Assembly (NCBI RefSeq): GCF_002113885.1
Contig: NW_018405715.1
Location: forward strand, 169,006 to 233,005
Reading direction: 5' to 3'
DNA length: 64,000 nt
Source: Mizuhopecten yessoensis
Lineage: Eukaryota
Part shown: positions 50,209 to 64,000 of the stretch, piece after piece
Layout of the letters: each line of letters begins with the position of its first letter
How positions within the stretch are numbered: position 1 is the stretch's first letter
Program-made: the position numbers and the translations under genes
The notes under the pieces: generated by a model
The model's database searches: none
The model's input: the letters and a program-made list of their open reading frames with translations, nothing else
What the model was told of the DNA's origin: nothing

Positions 50209-53200
50209 ACCGATTCTACTGTCATTGCAGTGTCTCCACATCATTAAATAAAAAGATGATTCAATCAGAGAGGAAAAAAGAGAGAGAAAAATCGAAAACA
50301 ATTTGAGCAAAACAAAATACAAAAACAAGTGCAAAAAAAGGAAACAAGCAAAATACCAATTGAGCATGAAACAAGAGTATAGAGGCTGCTTGAAAAAAAT
50401 CTGTTATTGAGATTGCATTGCGTTCAATAAAACATTGTGAAATAGATGAGTTGGTTACACTGTCGAAATCACGACATAATCATCTGTGTACCCTTGGGAA
50501 ATCAGAGCAGAAAGACGTATATCTTACCCGTTTGATTCACTGTTTAAGACTAAACATTGAGGAGAAAATAACACACACACACGTATATATATAGACACCG
50601 TTAGCAACATATGGTTTTCCTCCAATGCAGCTCTGTTCTAATGAAATTTCACACGAAATATACAGGTTCACAAATTGAAGGCGATAGTCAGACATTTCGT
50701 TTTTCCTCTCTTTCCTTCGCTTTTCACTCAGTTCTGTTCGTATGTCTATTCGAAACACAATCGGCTTTGGTGTGCTAAAAGTACGGATACTTGACTATCT
50801 GACGGGTATCTGACTGGTCACAAATACATGACACCATCATTGGGCTTCCTTCGTCATTTTTCTACATAAAGAACAGGAATATCTTGTGTTACTACATGAA
50901 CTGTCCGTAGTCATGAATGTACAATATTGGGTATCTTTCTGGACACCATACCAATCCGACAATCCTTCGTATACAAACAAAGACTATACCAAATATGTTC
51001 TATGTATGTTATCACACAAGAAACAGACGGTATCCTGATATTTAATTGTAGTACAGTTTCAAAGACAATCTTTTTCTTGACAAATCTGTCTACGTACCTT
51101 ATTATGTATCTATTAAAGTAAAACGACCTATGTTACTGTGACAACGAGTGGGCCTTACATCTTGTAACTTGATCATAACCGTTGTGGCAAGTCTTTGTAC
51201 ACATAAATCATTTTGACTTATGCAGCTCATCTATATAGTTTTATTTCTTAGTTAAGTTTCTATAAATGCTGCATTGGGCATTGTGTAATCGTCAGTGTCT
51301 TTGAACAACCGAGTCCATTTTTTATCCTGTGCTTCAATTCTTATTTCGGAAAAACTATAGTGGGGTCCACAGTGGTGATCAGTCAGACGGCGGAAAAGGG
51401 GGTCTCTTCAGAGAGATGGTCTCTTAATTTAGTATTAATATAAAGTTAACTGCTTGAATGGAAATATGAAAACGGCGGTTTCTTAAGAGAGAAGATCGCG
51501 TACAGGGGTGGTCTCCCCTTGTAGTAGATTTGATTGTGTACTGTCCTCCCTCATCACCCACAGCCAATAGGATGTTCATTCAGTAGTTTGTGTGCAGGCA
51601 GTCCTTTATACCTTACTTACACAGGGAAATACATACAAGACATCCCTGCTCCCCGAATTCAGTCTACAAGTCGCCATAAGTTCCCTTTTCATTCCCACAA
51701 TATCTGTTTATAATAATGAGTGCATTGTCTGGATATCTCATGTTATAAACATGCATGGTAAAAAATCACAAACTCTCATATCAAATCAAAAATACACTAA
51801 TTCAAACCCAATTCCCCTTCCCCTGATAAAATGGCTCACGTTCCTTCTTTGACGAATTTGACTGAACTTTTGCAGTCCAAAGTACTAAAGCGAGATAACT
51901 CTAACAGGTTTCAACGCAAACGAAATAGTTACCCTGATATAGTACGTCATCTGTCGCTAAATACTTTTGAGCTAACTCAGCTGCGACAATCAATACTGTC
52001 TTGTTTCAATTTCACTTCAAATCACTGAAATTTTCGTTCTATTAAGTACATGTCATATTTTGAATATGTCATTTTAATTATCAGATATAAGCAACACCAG
52101 ATATTTTATGAAAAGAATAACACATTTTTAAAATAGGAGGAAACGGCAAGAACGTGAAATAACTCGGCATGGAATAATTAAGTAGACAAAACATATGTCA
52201 TTTTGAGTTTAACAATCGGATAATCCGAAAAGGTTCACAGAAAAAATGGTCATCCTACAAGTAGTGCTGAGATGGAGGTTTTATTTACTGAACTACTTAT
52301 TGGTTATATGAAACCTACACTATCGTAGCTATGCAAAGATAATAAAAACTCCCCTTATAAGGGTTATCTTATGACGCCCAACTCGTTCTAAATCCCATTG
52401 GTCTAACAGTTACATCTTTGTTTGGCTAGAACGACTATTATAGGGAAACGCCATTTGATGTCTGAAAATTGGACAGTTGTCACCACCAAGCCTTTTTTAT
52501 CATTTCATTCCCTGTTCAAATTTGCTGTAGAATTTAAATAAAAAACGGAGAGAGGGGACGACCATTTTTTTCTGAAAAGGCATTACTGAGTTGTGTCATG
52601 CTCTGCTGAGCGGAGAAAACCAATATCATTTTTACCCGGGAAAGTATCCTATTTCCTTTTTTTTTCTTGGATTGTCACAGAATTATGTTTTCCATTCAAA
52701 CAAATGTTTGTGACTCATAACACCGATTCATAATCGCTGATATAGTCACACCTACATCATGTGGGTCAATTTTACTTGTTTCAAACATATGCAACGAATT
52801 TGTTTTATTAAAAATCCATTTAATTACAGACACTCAAATTACCGTTTTGCCATCCTTGGTTGTTGTCAGGCAATACTCAAGAGTTGTCGCCCATAGCACG
52901 TGTAATATATATAGCCCTGCACCCCTTTCATTTTATAATCAAATGTAATCGCTATTCAGACCTCCGGTCTAAATTCATAAAGCAATATTATTTCAGAAGG
53001 CCTAGTATGTTTAAATTCGTTCAATTACTCAAAATCGAAAACACAAAAAAACTTAATAATTAAGGAAAGTATTTATCACTAGCGTTTAAAGGTAGAGCAG
53101 ATTTATTAAAAGGTCAACACTAGAACAGGTCATGTTAAGATACATGCTGTATATCAGTTTATTGAATACAAATTATATAATATACCATTATATTGATATG

Positions 53201-53404
53201 TCTTGTCTGGGTGAATCAGGATGAAAATAGTTCTGGCGTGTGTATGTAAATGCGAGTATAAACAAAAAACAAAAAAACAATGATGATGATAATGATGATG
53301 CGTGCGAGTCTGTGTGAGTGTGTCCTTGTGAGTGTCTTTGTCTTATCTGTAAGTGCCATAAGTTGTGAAACCTCAGCAAATAAAGAACAGTAATATACCA
53401 TGGG

Positions 53405-53632
53405 ATATGTCATAGCAAAATCGAAGGCACGCGACTGCCTTTTTGATTGGTCTCGGGTAAAACAAAACCCAGACCAATTGCTAAGGCTGATGCATGTCTT
53501 TTGAAGATTACAGAGGAGCGACACCCGAATTTTAATACAGTCAAGCTTTTGATGTACATCAAAGTATCAAACTTCTCCTCGTCTCACCCACAAGGTAGTG
53601 CACACTGAACCTTCAATTTTGCTATGACATAT
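53405..53632. mobile_element. MITE with about 23-bp terminal inverted repeats
   Basis: atatgtcatagcaaaatcgaagg ... ccttcaattttgctatgacatat (one mismatch), plus an internal attggtct...agaccaat hairpin. Confidence 0.75.
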
Positions 53633-54081
53633 GACAGGGGTGCAGAGAGCGTAAGTGGGTGTAACCCCTGGAGTATCTGGTTCTTAATTTGATTCTGGTC
53701 TGTAATCAGCAATGTCCTTTAGGCTATCACGCTGATTGTACATGTGCGACATCCAGGATGTGTGAAGCATGCTGTTTGAGCCATGTACTCGCGTGGTCAT
53801 GCCCCTGTTTTTTTCAGACTTTGTTTGATAAACTCGGTTATCTGTCAAGCTATGTTATAATAAATATAAACTGTTTCCTGATGAATAATATAATTAAGCA
53901 AATATTTCCTCCGGTAGAATACTTTACTAGAATACTCGTGGATTTTTTTTGTAGTCAGCCATCAACTTATGTAGATTGTATTGAATGGACAACTATTAGG
54001 TATCTTCGATGAATTGTGAAGAAATTGAACCATTTTCGAACAAACTGAAAAATAAACAACATATTACTACCGTGTAATAGT

Positions 54082-55228
54082 CTTGATCGTAAGATCTTGT
54101 ACGTGTTTCTCAGACTGTTTACCACTAGACTTGATCGTTAGATCTTGTACGTCTTTCTCAGACTATATACCACTAGACTTGATCGTAAGATCTTGTACGT
54201 GTTTCTCAGACAGTATACCACTAGACTTGATCGTAAGATCTTGTACGTCTTTCTCAGATTGTATACCACTAGACTTGATCGTAAGATCTTGTACGTGTTT
54301 CTCAGACTGTATACCACTAGACTTGATCGTAAGATCTTGTACGTGTTTCTCAGACTGTATACCACTAGACTTGATCGTAAGATCTTGTACGTGTTTCTCA
54401 GACTGTATACCACTAGACTTGATCGTAAGATCTTGTACGTGTTTCTCAGACTGTATACCACTAGACTTGATCGTAAGATCTTGTACGTGTTTCTCAGACT
54501 GTATACCACTAGACTTGATCGTAAGATCTTGTACGTGTTTCTCAGACTGTATACCACTAGACTTGATCGTAAGATCTTGTACGTGTTTCTCAGACTGTAT
54601 ACCACTAGACTTGATCGTTAGATCTTGTACGTGTTTCTCAGACTGTATACCACTAGACTTGATCGTAAGATCTTGTACGTGTTTCTCAGATTGTATACCA
54701 CTAGACTTGATCGTAAGATCTTGTACGTGTTTCTCAGACTGTATACCACTAGACTTGATCGTAAGATCTTGTACGTGTTTCTCAGACTGTATACCACTAG
54801 ACTTGATCGTAAGATCTTGTACGTGTTTCTCAGACTGTATACCACTAGACTTGATCGTAAGATCTTGTACGTGTTTCTCAGACTGTATACCACTAGACTT
54901 GATCGTAAGATCTTGTACGTGTTTCTCAGACTGTATACCACTAGACTTGATCGTAAGATCTTGTACGTGTTTCTCAGACTGTATACCATTAGACTTGATC
55001 GTAAGATCGTGTACGTGTTTCTCAGACTGTTTACCACTAGACTTGATCGTAAGATCTTGTATGTGTTTCTCAGAATTGTATACCACTAGACTTGATCTTA
55101 ATATCTTGTACGTCTTTCTCAGATTGTATATCACTAAACTTGATCGTAAGATCGTGTATGTGTTTCTCAGACTGTATACCACTAGACATGATCGTAAGAT
55201 CGTGTACGTGTTTCTCAGACTGTATACC
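54082..55228. repeat. 48-bp minisatellite, about 24 copies
   Basis: Unit cttgatcgtaagatcttgtacgtgtttctcagactgtataccactaga. Homogeneous centre with decayed right edge. Source of the 412-aa and 355-aa ORFs. Confidence 0.97.
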
Positions 55229-55702
55229 AATATACTTCAATGTACAGTGAAGAAATCGAAACCCGCCTATCAACCTCCTCTTTGTTATGAGAAACAGATG
55301 AAGCAGCGTTGTTGGCAATGACGATATCAATAATAGATAAATCGTTTCCCAAAACAATATGTCTTTGTCGTATCTCAAAACAGAACATCCAATATTTCAC
55401 CCCAGGACATTAGGATAACACTCTACTGCATTCTATATAAGAACTGGTCTACTTACGACCATACATCTCTTTATCAGGGATAGTTTTGACCGAAATCAAA
55501 CAGTCCCGAAGGCTTAGGAACCAACTTCAGGCTCCCTGAAGTTTAGTACTCAATACGCTAAAGGAATTATGTTTGAATCCTCTCTCAATACAAATATCAA
55601 CTCTGAAAATAAACATTATTAAAACTAAATATATATAACTGCTATTGGTATATTTAAATCATTACCAAAATGGTTAAATCATACATTTCCTACTGGTCAT
55701 CG

Positions 55703-58030
55703 TACATGTAAACCATACCTACCCTCATGGTTAAACCTTACCTACCAATACAGGTAAACCATGCCTACCCTCATGGTTAAACCTTAGGTAAACCATGCCT
55801 ACCCTCATGGTTAAACCTTAGGTAAACCATGCCTACCCTCATGGTTAAACCTTACCAACCAATACCGGTAAACCATATCTACATTCATGGTTGAACCTTA
55901 CCTACCAATACATGTAAACCATATCTACACTCATGGTTGAACCTTACCTACCAATACAGGTAAACCATACCTATCCTCATGGTTAAACCTTACCTACCAA
56001 TACATGTAAACCATATCTACACTCATGGTTGAACCTTTCCTACAAACACAGGTAAACCATGCCTACCCTCATTGTTAAACCTTACCTACCAATACAGGTA
56101 AACCATATCTACATTCATGGTTGAACCTTACCTACCAATACATGTAAACCATACCTACCCTCATGGTTGAACCTTACCTACAAACACATGTAAACCATGC
56201 CTACCCTCATGGTTAAACCTTACCAACCAATACCGGCAAACCACATCTACATTCAGTTTTAAACTTTACCTACCAATACAGGTAAACCATACCTATCCTC
56301 ATGGTTGAACCTTACCGACCAATACAGGTAAACCATACCTACCGTCATCGTTAAACCTTACCTACCAATACAGGTAAACCATACCTACCCTCATGGTTAA
56401 ACCTTACCTTCCAATACAGGTACACCATATCTACCCTAATGGTTAAACCTTACCTATTAATACAGATAAACCATGCCTACCTTCATGGTTAAACCTAACC
56501 TACCAATACAGGAACACCTAACCTACCCTCATGGTTAAACCTCACCTACCAACATAGATAAACCATGCCTACCCTAATGGTTAAACCTAACCTACCAATA
56601 CAGGTACACCTAACCTAACCTCATGATTAAACCTTACCTACCATTACAGGTAAACCATAACTACCCTCATGGTTAAACCTTACCTACCAATACAGGTAAA
56701 ACATATCTACATTCGTTGCTAAACCTTACCTACCAATACAGGTAAACCATATCTTAATTCAGTGTTAAACTTTGCCTACCAATACAGGTAAACCATGCCT
56801 ATTCTCATGGTTGAACCTCACCTACCAATACAGGTACACCATGTCTACATTCATTTGTAAACTTTACCTACCAATACAGGTAAACCATGCCTACCCTCAT
56901 GGTTAAACCTTATCTACCGATACAGGTAAACCATTTCTACATTCATTGTAATTTTTACTTACCAATACAGGTAAACCATGCCTACCCTAATGGTTAAACC
57001 TAACCTACCAATACAGGTACACCTAACCTAACCTCATGATTAAACCTTACCTACCATTACAGGTAAACCATAACTACATTCATTGCTAAACCTTACCTAC
57101 CAATACAGGTAAAACATATCTTAATTCAGTGTTAAACTTTGCCTACCAATACAGGTAAACCATGCCTATCATCATGGTTGAACCTCACCTACCAATACAG
57201 GTAAACCATATCTACATTCATTTGTAAACTTTACCTACCAATACAGGTAAACCATGCCTATCCACATGGTTGAACCTTACCTACCAATACAGGTGCACCT
57301 GACCTACCCTCGTGGTTAAACCTTACCTACCAATACAGGCAAATTATACCTACCCTTATGGTTAAACCTTACCTACCAATACAAGTAAACCACACATATA
57401 CTCATGGTTAAACCTTACCTACCGATACAGGTAAACCATTTCTACATTCATTGTAATTTTTACTTACCAATACAGGTAAACCATGCCTATCCACATGGTT
57501 GAACCTTACCTACCAATACAGGTGCACCTGACCTACCCTCATGGTTAAACCTTACCTACCAATACAAGTAAACCATACATACACTCATGGTTAAACCTTA
57601 CCTACCAATACAGGTAAACCATGCCTACCCTCATGGTTAAACCTTACCTACCAATACAGGTTAAACCATGCCTATCCTCGTTATACCTTACCTACCAATA
57701 TAAGTAAACATGACCTACATTGTACCATTACATGTAAACCCAAGCTACCCTCATGGTTAAACCTTACCTAACAATACAAGTAAACCATACCTACCCTCAT
57801 GGTTAAACCTTTCCTACCAATACAGGTACACCATATCTACATTCATTGTTAAACACTTCCTACCAATACAGGTAAACCATGCCTACCCTCATGGTTAAAC
57901 CTTACCTACCAATACATGTAAACCATACCTACCCTCATGGTTAAACCTTACCTACCAATACATGTCAGCCATATCTACATTCATGGTTAAACCTTACCTA
58001 CCAGTATAAGTAAACCTGACCTACCATTAC
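55703..58030. repeat. 46-bp satellite (about 50 units) made of two related halves
   Basis: Unit ggtaaaccatgcctaccctcatggttaaaccttacctaccaataca. Both halves match gg(t)taaacc..(a/g)cctacc. Confidence 0.95.
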
Positions 58031-58541
58031 AAACCAAACCTACACACACCTATAAACAAAAGATACACAGGTGAAACATACTTACCTACGCAGGTACACC
58101 ATACTTACATATATCAGATAGGTAAACCATTGTTTGTGAATGTGAGTAAATGACGAATGCGACCCTGATAACATATTACTACCATACACATAGATTGCCA
58201 ACGAATGCAGACTCAGGTTTTATCGATCAATAACTGTTTACATATCTGAGTATGGTACGACCACCATAAATATACAATCTGCCTCCTACGACGAAAATAG
58301 GAACTTTATTTTCATAGCACTGTCCTCAAGTACAACGATATATTGACATCAAACGAATAAAGTAGTAAATCTATAACATGTTATTGACCTCCAATGTTAA
58401 GGTTACAGTGTACTAGTTAGAAAAAGACAATTTGCTTACTTCACCGGTTAAGTAACACTTATGGCAATGTAAGATGAGTTATATTATTTAAAACATATAT
58501 TGAATAACATTATTTACAATATTAGCTATACCTTTTTGTGA

Positions 58542-60460
58542 TTACTTGGTGATGTATCAATCAGTTCAGCATCGACACTTGTTTACTTGGTTATGTATCA
58601 ATCAGTTCAGCATTGACACCTGTTTACTTGGTGATAGATCAATCAGTTCAGCATCGACACTTGTTTACTTGGTTATGTATCAATCAGTTCACCATTGACA
58701 CCTGTTTACTTGGTTATGTATCAATCAGTTCAGCGTTGACACCTGTTTACTTTGTGATAGATCAATCAGTTCAGTATTGACACCTGTTTACTTGGTGATA
58801 GATCAATCAGTTCAGTATTGACACCTGTTTACTTGGTTATGTATCAATCAGTTCACCATTGACACCTGTTTACTTGGTTATGTATCAATCAGTTCAGCAT
58901 TGACACTTCTTTACTTGGTGATAGATCAATCAGTTCAGCATTGACACCTGTTTACTTTGTGATAGATCAATCAGTTCAGTATTGACACCTGTTTACTTGG
59001 TGATGTATCAATCAGTTCAGCATTGACACTTCTTTACTTGGTGATAGATCAATCAGACCAGTATTGACACCGGTTTACTTGGTGATGTATCAATCAGTTC
59101 AGCATCGACACTTGTTTACTTGGTTATGTATCAATCAGTTCACCATTTACACCTGTTTACTTTGTGATAGATCAATTAGTTCAGTATTGACACCTGTTTA
59201 CTTGGTGATGTATCAATCAGTTCACCATTGACACCTGCTTACTTGGTTATGTATCAATCAGTTCAGCGTTGACACCTGTTTACTTTGTGATAGATCAATT
59301 AGTTCAGTATTGACACCTGTTTACTTGGTTGTGTATCAATCAGTTCAGCGTTGACACTTGTTTCCGTTCACTTTGTGATAGATCAATCAGTTCGCCATTG
59401 ACCCCTGTTTACTTTGTGATAGATCAATTAGTTCAGTATTGACACCTGTTTACTTGGTGATAGATCAATCAGTTCACAATTGACACCTGTTTACTTGGTG
59501 ATAAATCAGTCAGTTCACCATTGACACCTGTTTACTTTGTGATAGATCAATCAGTTCGCCATTGACACCTGTTTACTTTGTGATAGATCAATCAGTTCAC
59601 CATTGACACCTGTTTACTCTGTGATAGATCAATCAGTTCAGCATTGACACCTGTTTACTTGGTGATGTATCAATCAGTTCACCATTGACCCCTGTTTACT
59701 TGGTGATAGATCAATCATTGACACGTGTTTACTTGGTGATAGATCAATCAGACCAGTATTGACACCGGTTTACTTGGTGATGTATCAATCAGTTCAGCAT
59801 TGACACCTGTTTACTTTGTGATAGATCAATCAGTTCACCATTGAAACCTGTTAACTTGGTGATAGATCAATCAGTTCAGCATCGACACTTGTTTACTTGG
59901 TGATGTATCAATCAGTTCACCATTGACACCTGTTTACTTGGTGATAGATCAATCAGACCAGTATTGACACCGGTTTACTTGGTGATGTATCAATCAGTTC
60001 AGCATTGACACCTGTTTAATTGGTGATGTATCAATCAGTTCAGCGTTGACTCTTGTTTACTTGGTTATGTATCAATCAGTTCAGTATTGACACCTGTTTA
60101 TTTGGTGATAGATCAATCAGTTCAGTATTGACACGTGTTTACTTGGTGATAGATCAATCAGTTCACCATTGAAACCTGTTAACTTGGTGATAGATCAATC
60201 AGTTCAGCATCGACACTTGTTTACTTGGTGATAGATCAATCAGTTCAGTATTGACACCTGTTTACTTGGTGATAGATCAATCATTGACACGTGTTTACTT
60301 GGTGATAGATCTAGCAGGTCAGTATTGACACCTGTTTACTTGGTGATAAATCAATCAGTTCACCATTGACACCTGTTTACTTGGTGATGTATCAATCAGT
60401 TCACCATTGACACCTGATTTCTTGATGGTAGATCAATCAGTTCACCATTGACACCTGTTT
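58542..60460. repeat. 41-bp satellite (about 46 units)
   Basis: Unit ttacttggtgatagatcaatcagttcagcattgacacctgt. Confidence 0.95.
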
Positions 60461-62439
60461 CCATGTAATTTGTGTTGAATCATATCAATTCAGCAAAAAT
60501 GTACATTCTATATTAGCATTGACTTTGGTTAATTCAAAGTATCAAAAATTAGTTTCGAAATGGTGAATGTTTTTCGTGATGGCTCCAACAAGTTCTAATT
60601 CCCGGTCTATTTGATCTTCAGTGCCCTCGCTTTCATAAAAGTAAGTATTGATTACCCTAGAATAGCCTCGATTCTGAATAGTGTTCCTCTCTTCGATGGT
60701 AAATATCCCTTAACAGGTTTCCTGAATCTTTATTAATGAACAAGATGTTAACACCCGTAACATCCCTTTAGACACAATCGTCAATAGTATCTGTATGTAA
60801 ATACAAACAAAAGATTAACACAACAATGATAATCATTATAAATGACAATAGATGATCGGCCTACATTAACAGTGTTTATTGATATATTTCTCTCCTCGTC
60901 GTCACGTGAGGTGAAATAGAGGAGATCTGATAACGATTATCTACTCCCTACAAGCGTTTAAACTATAACAGGATAGTTAACAAACACAGTGGCATCAGTC
61001 AGAGCGATTACTGCTGTAATGTATACTGAAAACCGACTACGGGCACTGTAGCGTTGGTATTAATTAATCAATAGTATGGGTATCAATGAGATACCTTATA
61101 CAGATATGTATGTAACGGAAAAAAGTTTGTATACACACAGTAGTGGGTCATCCAATCCCAATGTCCGAATGTCAACAATAGGGAGAGAGAATTATAAAAC
61201 TCCTTGTTTATTTTCCGTCCCTTAGGTTATTCTGTCAGAGTGACTTAAATTGTCAATTGGTCGGTAAATAACACGAAATAAATATCCCTCAGATAACATG
61301 TTTGTTTTATTGATACAGTTATCCTGTATATAGTCTTCTTATACATACAAGTACCTGAAGGAAAGGTAACATTCCGGTGCCCACTAGAAGGTGATACATT
61401 CCACTGCCATGTATGGAATGAACGTTGATCTTATCGGGAATATTTCTTAAAAAACAATTTATTCGTCAGCTCTCACTGCATGGTTTGTAAATAATCCAAT
61501 TTCAAAGATGTCATTATTTAAAAAACAACTTCAAAAAGACTTTGTATTTTTCCCTGATGTAGCGACGCTCTTTGCACCACTGACAGGGAACATATAAAAT
61601 CTTCCCAAGTTATTAAACTAGTAATGAAATAAATCTACAGATTTGTAATTGGGCAGTTAGCCCAGGCTCGAAATGTCACAGTAAACGTTACATAAATTGT
61701 ATGATTCATCATATCGTTAACGGTATAACAGTTTGGAAAGTCCAAATATCCATCCTCCCAGCTTTTATTTAGCCTAGCCACAAGACGTTTTCTGCTTTTT
61801 CGTTATACGTTAATATCATTTAGAACTTTGGCAAAACAGCAACAATGTAAATACACCATAGAACGACGGTGCAGATTATTTAACTATACTTATTGTACAA
61901 ATAGTGTTGATTAACCCTTTATATACACACGCTTTCATTTAGATGATACCCAATCGTTTGGCAATACATGATATATTCATTAGTTTAAAAGTGCAATGCC
62001 TTTCAATCTTCTGAATGTCAATGGAATATTAAGCTTGTTTCAATTATTCAAAAGATACGTAATCTATATTCATAAAAACGGTTATGATTTTTAAAGAATG
62101 TATCCTGATATGACCTACTTCTCTGCCTGATTGATCAACATGTCATACTGGAACATAACTGGTACAAATAAAATCGATAACAATGTAAAGAATAAAAATG
62201 TATGCTCGTCGAAAAAATGTAAATAAAAAGGTAGTCATTTTTAACTTGGCAGAAATAGCCTACTTTTACTATGTGGATTGCATAAAAGCATATTATTTAA
62301 TGGAATGCACATATTTGAAGCTACCATATTAATTTCATGAAAAGCAGAACAACGGTTTCAGCAAAATATCACAGTTTGACCCTTTTTCAAATTATAATAT
62401 AAACTTTATTTATTTTATAACAATTATGAAACAAGTCAT

Positions 62440-62598
62440 ATTAACTTTATCAATCACTCCTTCTGGCCCGGATATCAGTGCGCAAAGGGTCTTAACGTGG
62501 TGGCCAGGTCACCCAAAACCTTTTCACGTCCAATCAAGGAATCAATTCTGGGTCGTCTTGGTGAAGGGCAAGTGTGCTATCCATTGCACCGCGCCACC
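62440..62598 (-). mobile_element. Degenerate tRNA-derived SINE
   Basis: The minus strand reads ggtggcgcggtgcaatggatagcacacttgcccttcaccaagacgacccagaattgattcc, a tRNA-like head with an A box and a decayed B box. Confidence 0.5.
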
Positions 62599-64000
62599 TG
62601 ACTACATTATTTCAAATCCATCCCCTCATTTCTTTCCTATTCAGGGACTGGCTGATAAAAAGAAATCGTGATGACCTATTTCTAGACTTGATTGCTGTTT
62701 CAAATCAAGCCTATACAGATAGTACACGATGACCCTCTTAAGTATTAAAGTTGGTACCCAGAGTATCAAGGTAATTATTCATTCCCCCAAGTGTGAACAT
62801 GTTGGATTATTTCCATTGCAATACGTCTTCATTCCTTTTAAACCTCCTGCAGTTTATGAAAAGAATAGACAACCTGCTGCATTCTTATTAAGGTTATGGT
62901 ATGAAGTGACTAGTGTGGAGGCCACTACAGAATCGAGGGTTTTCTTCTGTGTCCTCAGGCTTTGAGGACGTTGAAAGAGGCTACAATCTATCTGCTTCCT
63001 GTTATCTCTATATCTTTTCATTCTCATCTATTCTTATTTACGGTGGTGGCTACCAAAGCACCCGTCTCCAAATGACCTTAACTGTTTTAATACGAGGACA
63101 AATCACCCGCCCGAAAGCTATGAAAAATAGAAAAGCCAATGCTTTGTTAATGAACATTGGCATTTTCTTGTAGATTCGTTGGTATTGGATCAGCGGTTGT
63201 TTGTTAATTTGCAGAATGCCAACACATCAATAATTAGTAAAGCGCATGCGCCTTCAGTCCGGATGTAACACTAATGCTACCACTTTTCAATTACTAACGT
63301 ATTGGTATCTATCGAGTGATCGAGTGAAAACAATGAAATGCCAGTATCGACATTCTGTGGTCTTATTGACTTTTTTTCAGCCTATCGATGTCTCGTGGTA
63401 TGTAAACCTCGTGACGTCTTACTGACCAGTATATATCCTATTACTCCTGATCCGATCAACATTCAGCTACTGACCAGCTATTGTTTCCAGCGCTCTAAGA
63501 ACTAAGTATTAGGGCAGCTACCCGTGGACGTATGATCCAACTAGAGTAGTGAACAGTCATTGGAACTTAAGGGCCGTGTTTATATCGACGCTCATATCGA
63601 TGATGCTTTACCATACTTAAGTGCCTGTTTTATCACATTGGTTTTACTCTCAGTGTAAAGTATTGAGCCAGCATGATTTCATCTACAAACCTCCCGCGAT
63701 CTCCCAACAAAAATGGTAAGTTACTGATAAATGTACAATTCAGTCTGTCTTTCATTTATTTACAGATACAGTAATTAATTAATCTTTGTCCTGTAATAAC
63801 ACGTTCTTAAATTCTTTTCGTCAATGCTTTACCAATGAAATGAACAAAATGAAAATTGTCCTCAAAACATATTTTGAATGAAACGGTCTATGGCCGTTGT
63901 GAAAGAGAAAGAATTGAATAGCAATCTATTGTGTAATGATAGCGACAAGATGCAGTATACTAAGGTTGTTGTATACATAACATTGTATGAAAAATGAATC

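Noticed and set aside
46200-52030. Possible minus-strand gene (exon-like patches near 46.6, 50.8, 51.2 and 51.9 kb)
   Set aside because: Some splice-like signals and short open frames exist, but stops interrupt them, phases could not be chained and no family motif was recognised. A lncRNA or decayed gene cannot be excluded without RNA-seq.
54083-55321. 412-aa Cys-rich repeat ORF and antisense 355-aa ORF
   Set aside because: Translation of a 48-bp minisatellite, open in multiple frames and strands, with no unique domain or splice context.
20330-60460. Regular repeat arrays as CRISPR arrays
   Set aside because: The units are head-to-tail with no unique spacers, no cas genes are present, and the context is a spliceosomal eukaryotic gene.

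Overview
AT-rich animal genomic DNA, probably a mollusc or bivalve (inferred from SINE types and the invertebrate-type NR2 tail); it is not prokaryotic. The left 35 kb holds the 3' part of a + strand NMDA-type glutamate receptor NR2/GluN2-like gene. I traced 14 exons by hand (7187-35144), all with GT-AG introns and matching phases, totalling 2805 nt (934 aa plus stop). Four of them are absent from the ORF track. The 5' exons were not found in the window and probably lie upstream. The exon for transmembrane helix M1 is missing and most likely falls in the N-gap at 30203-30349. The introns and the right 29 kb contain minisatellites (21, 25, 26, 29, 41, 43, 46, 48, 50 and 98 bp units), small MITE or hairpin elements and tRNA-derived SINEs. 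All long repetitive ORFs in the track are satellite artefacts. Four observations stand out: (1) a 25-bp minisatellite built from an exon/intron junction, giving eight tandem GTAAGC donors behind an in-frame stop; (2) a 2.7-kb fold-back patchwork that has copied three nearby loci; (3) glycine at the pore N-site; (4) a divergent S1 ligand pocket. I found no CRISPR array, prokaryotic defence system or autonomous transposon.
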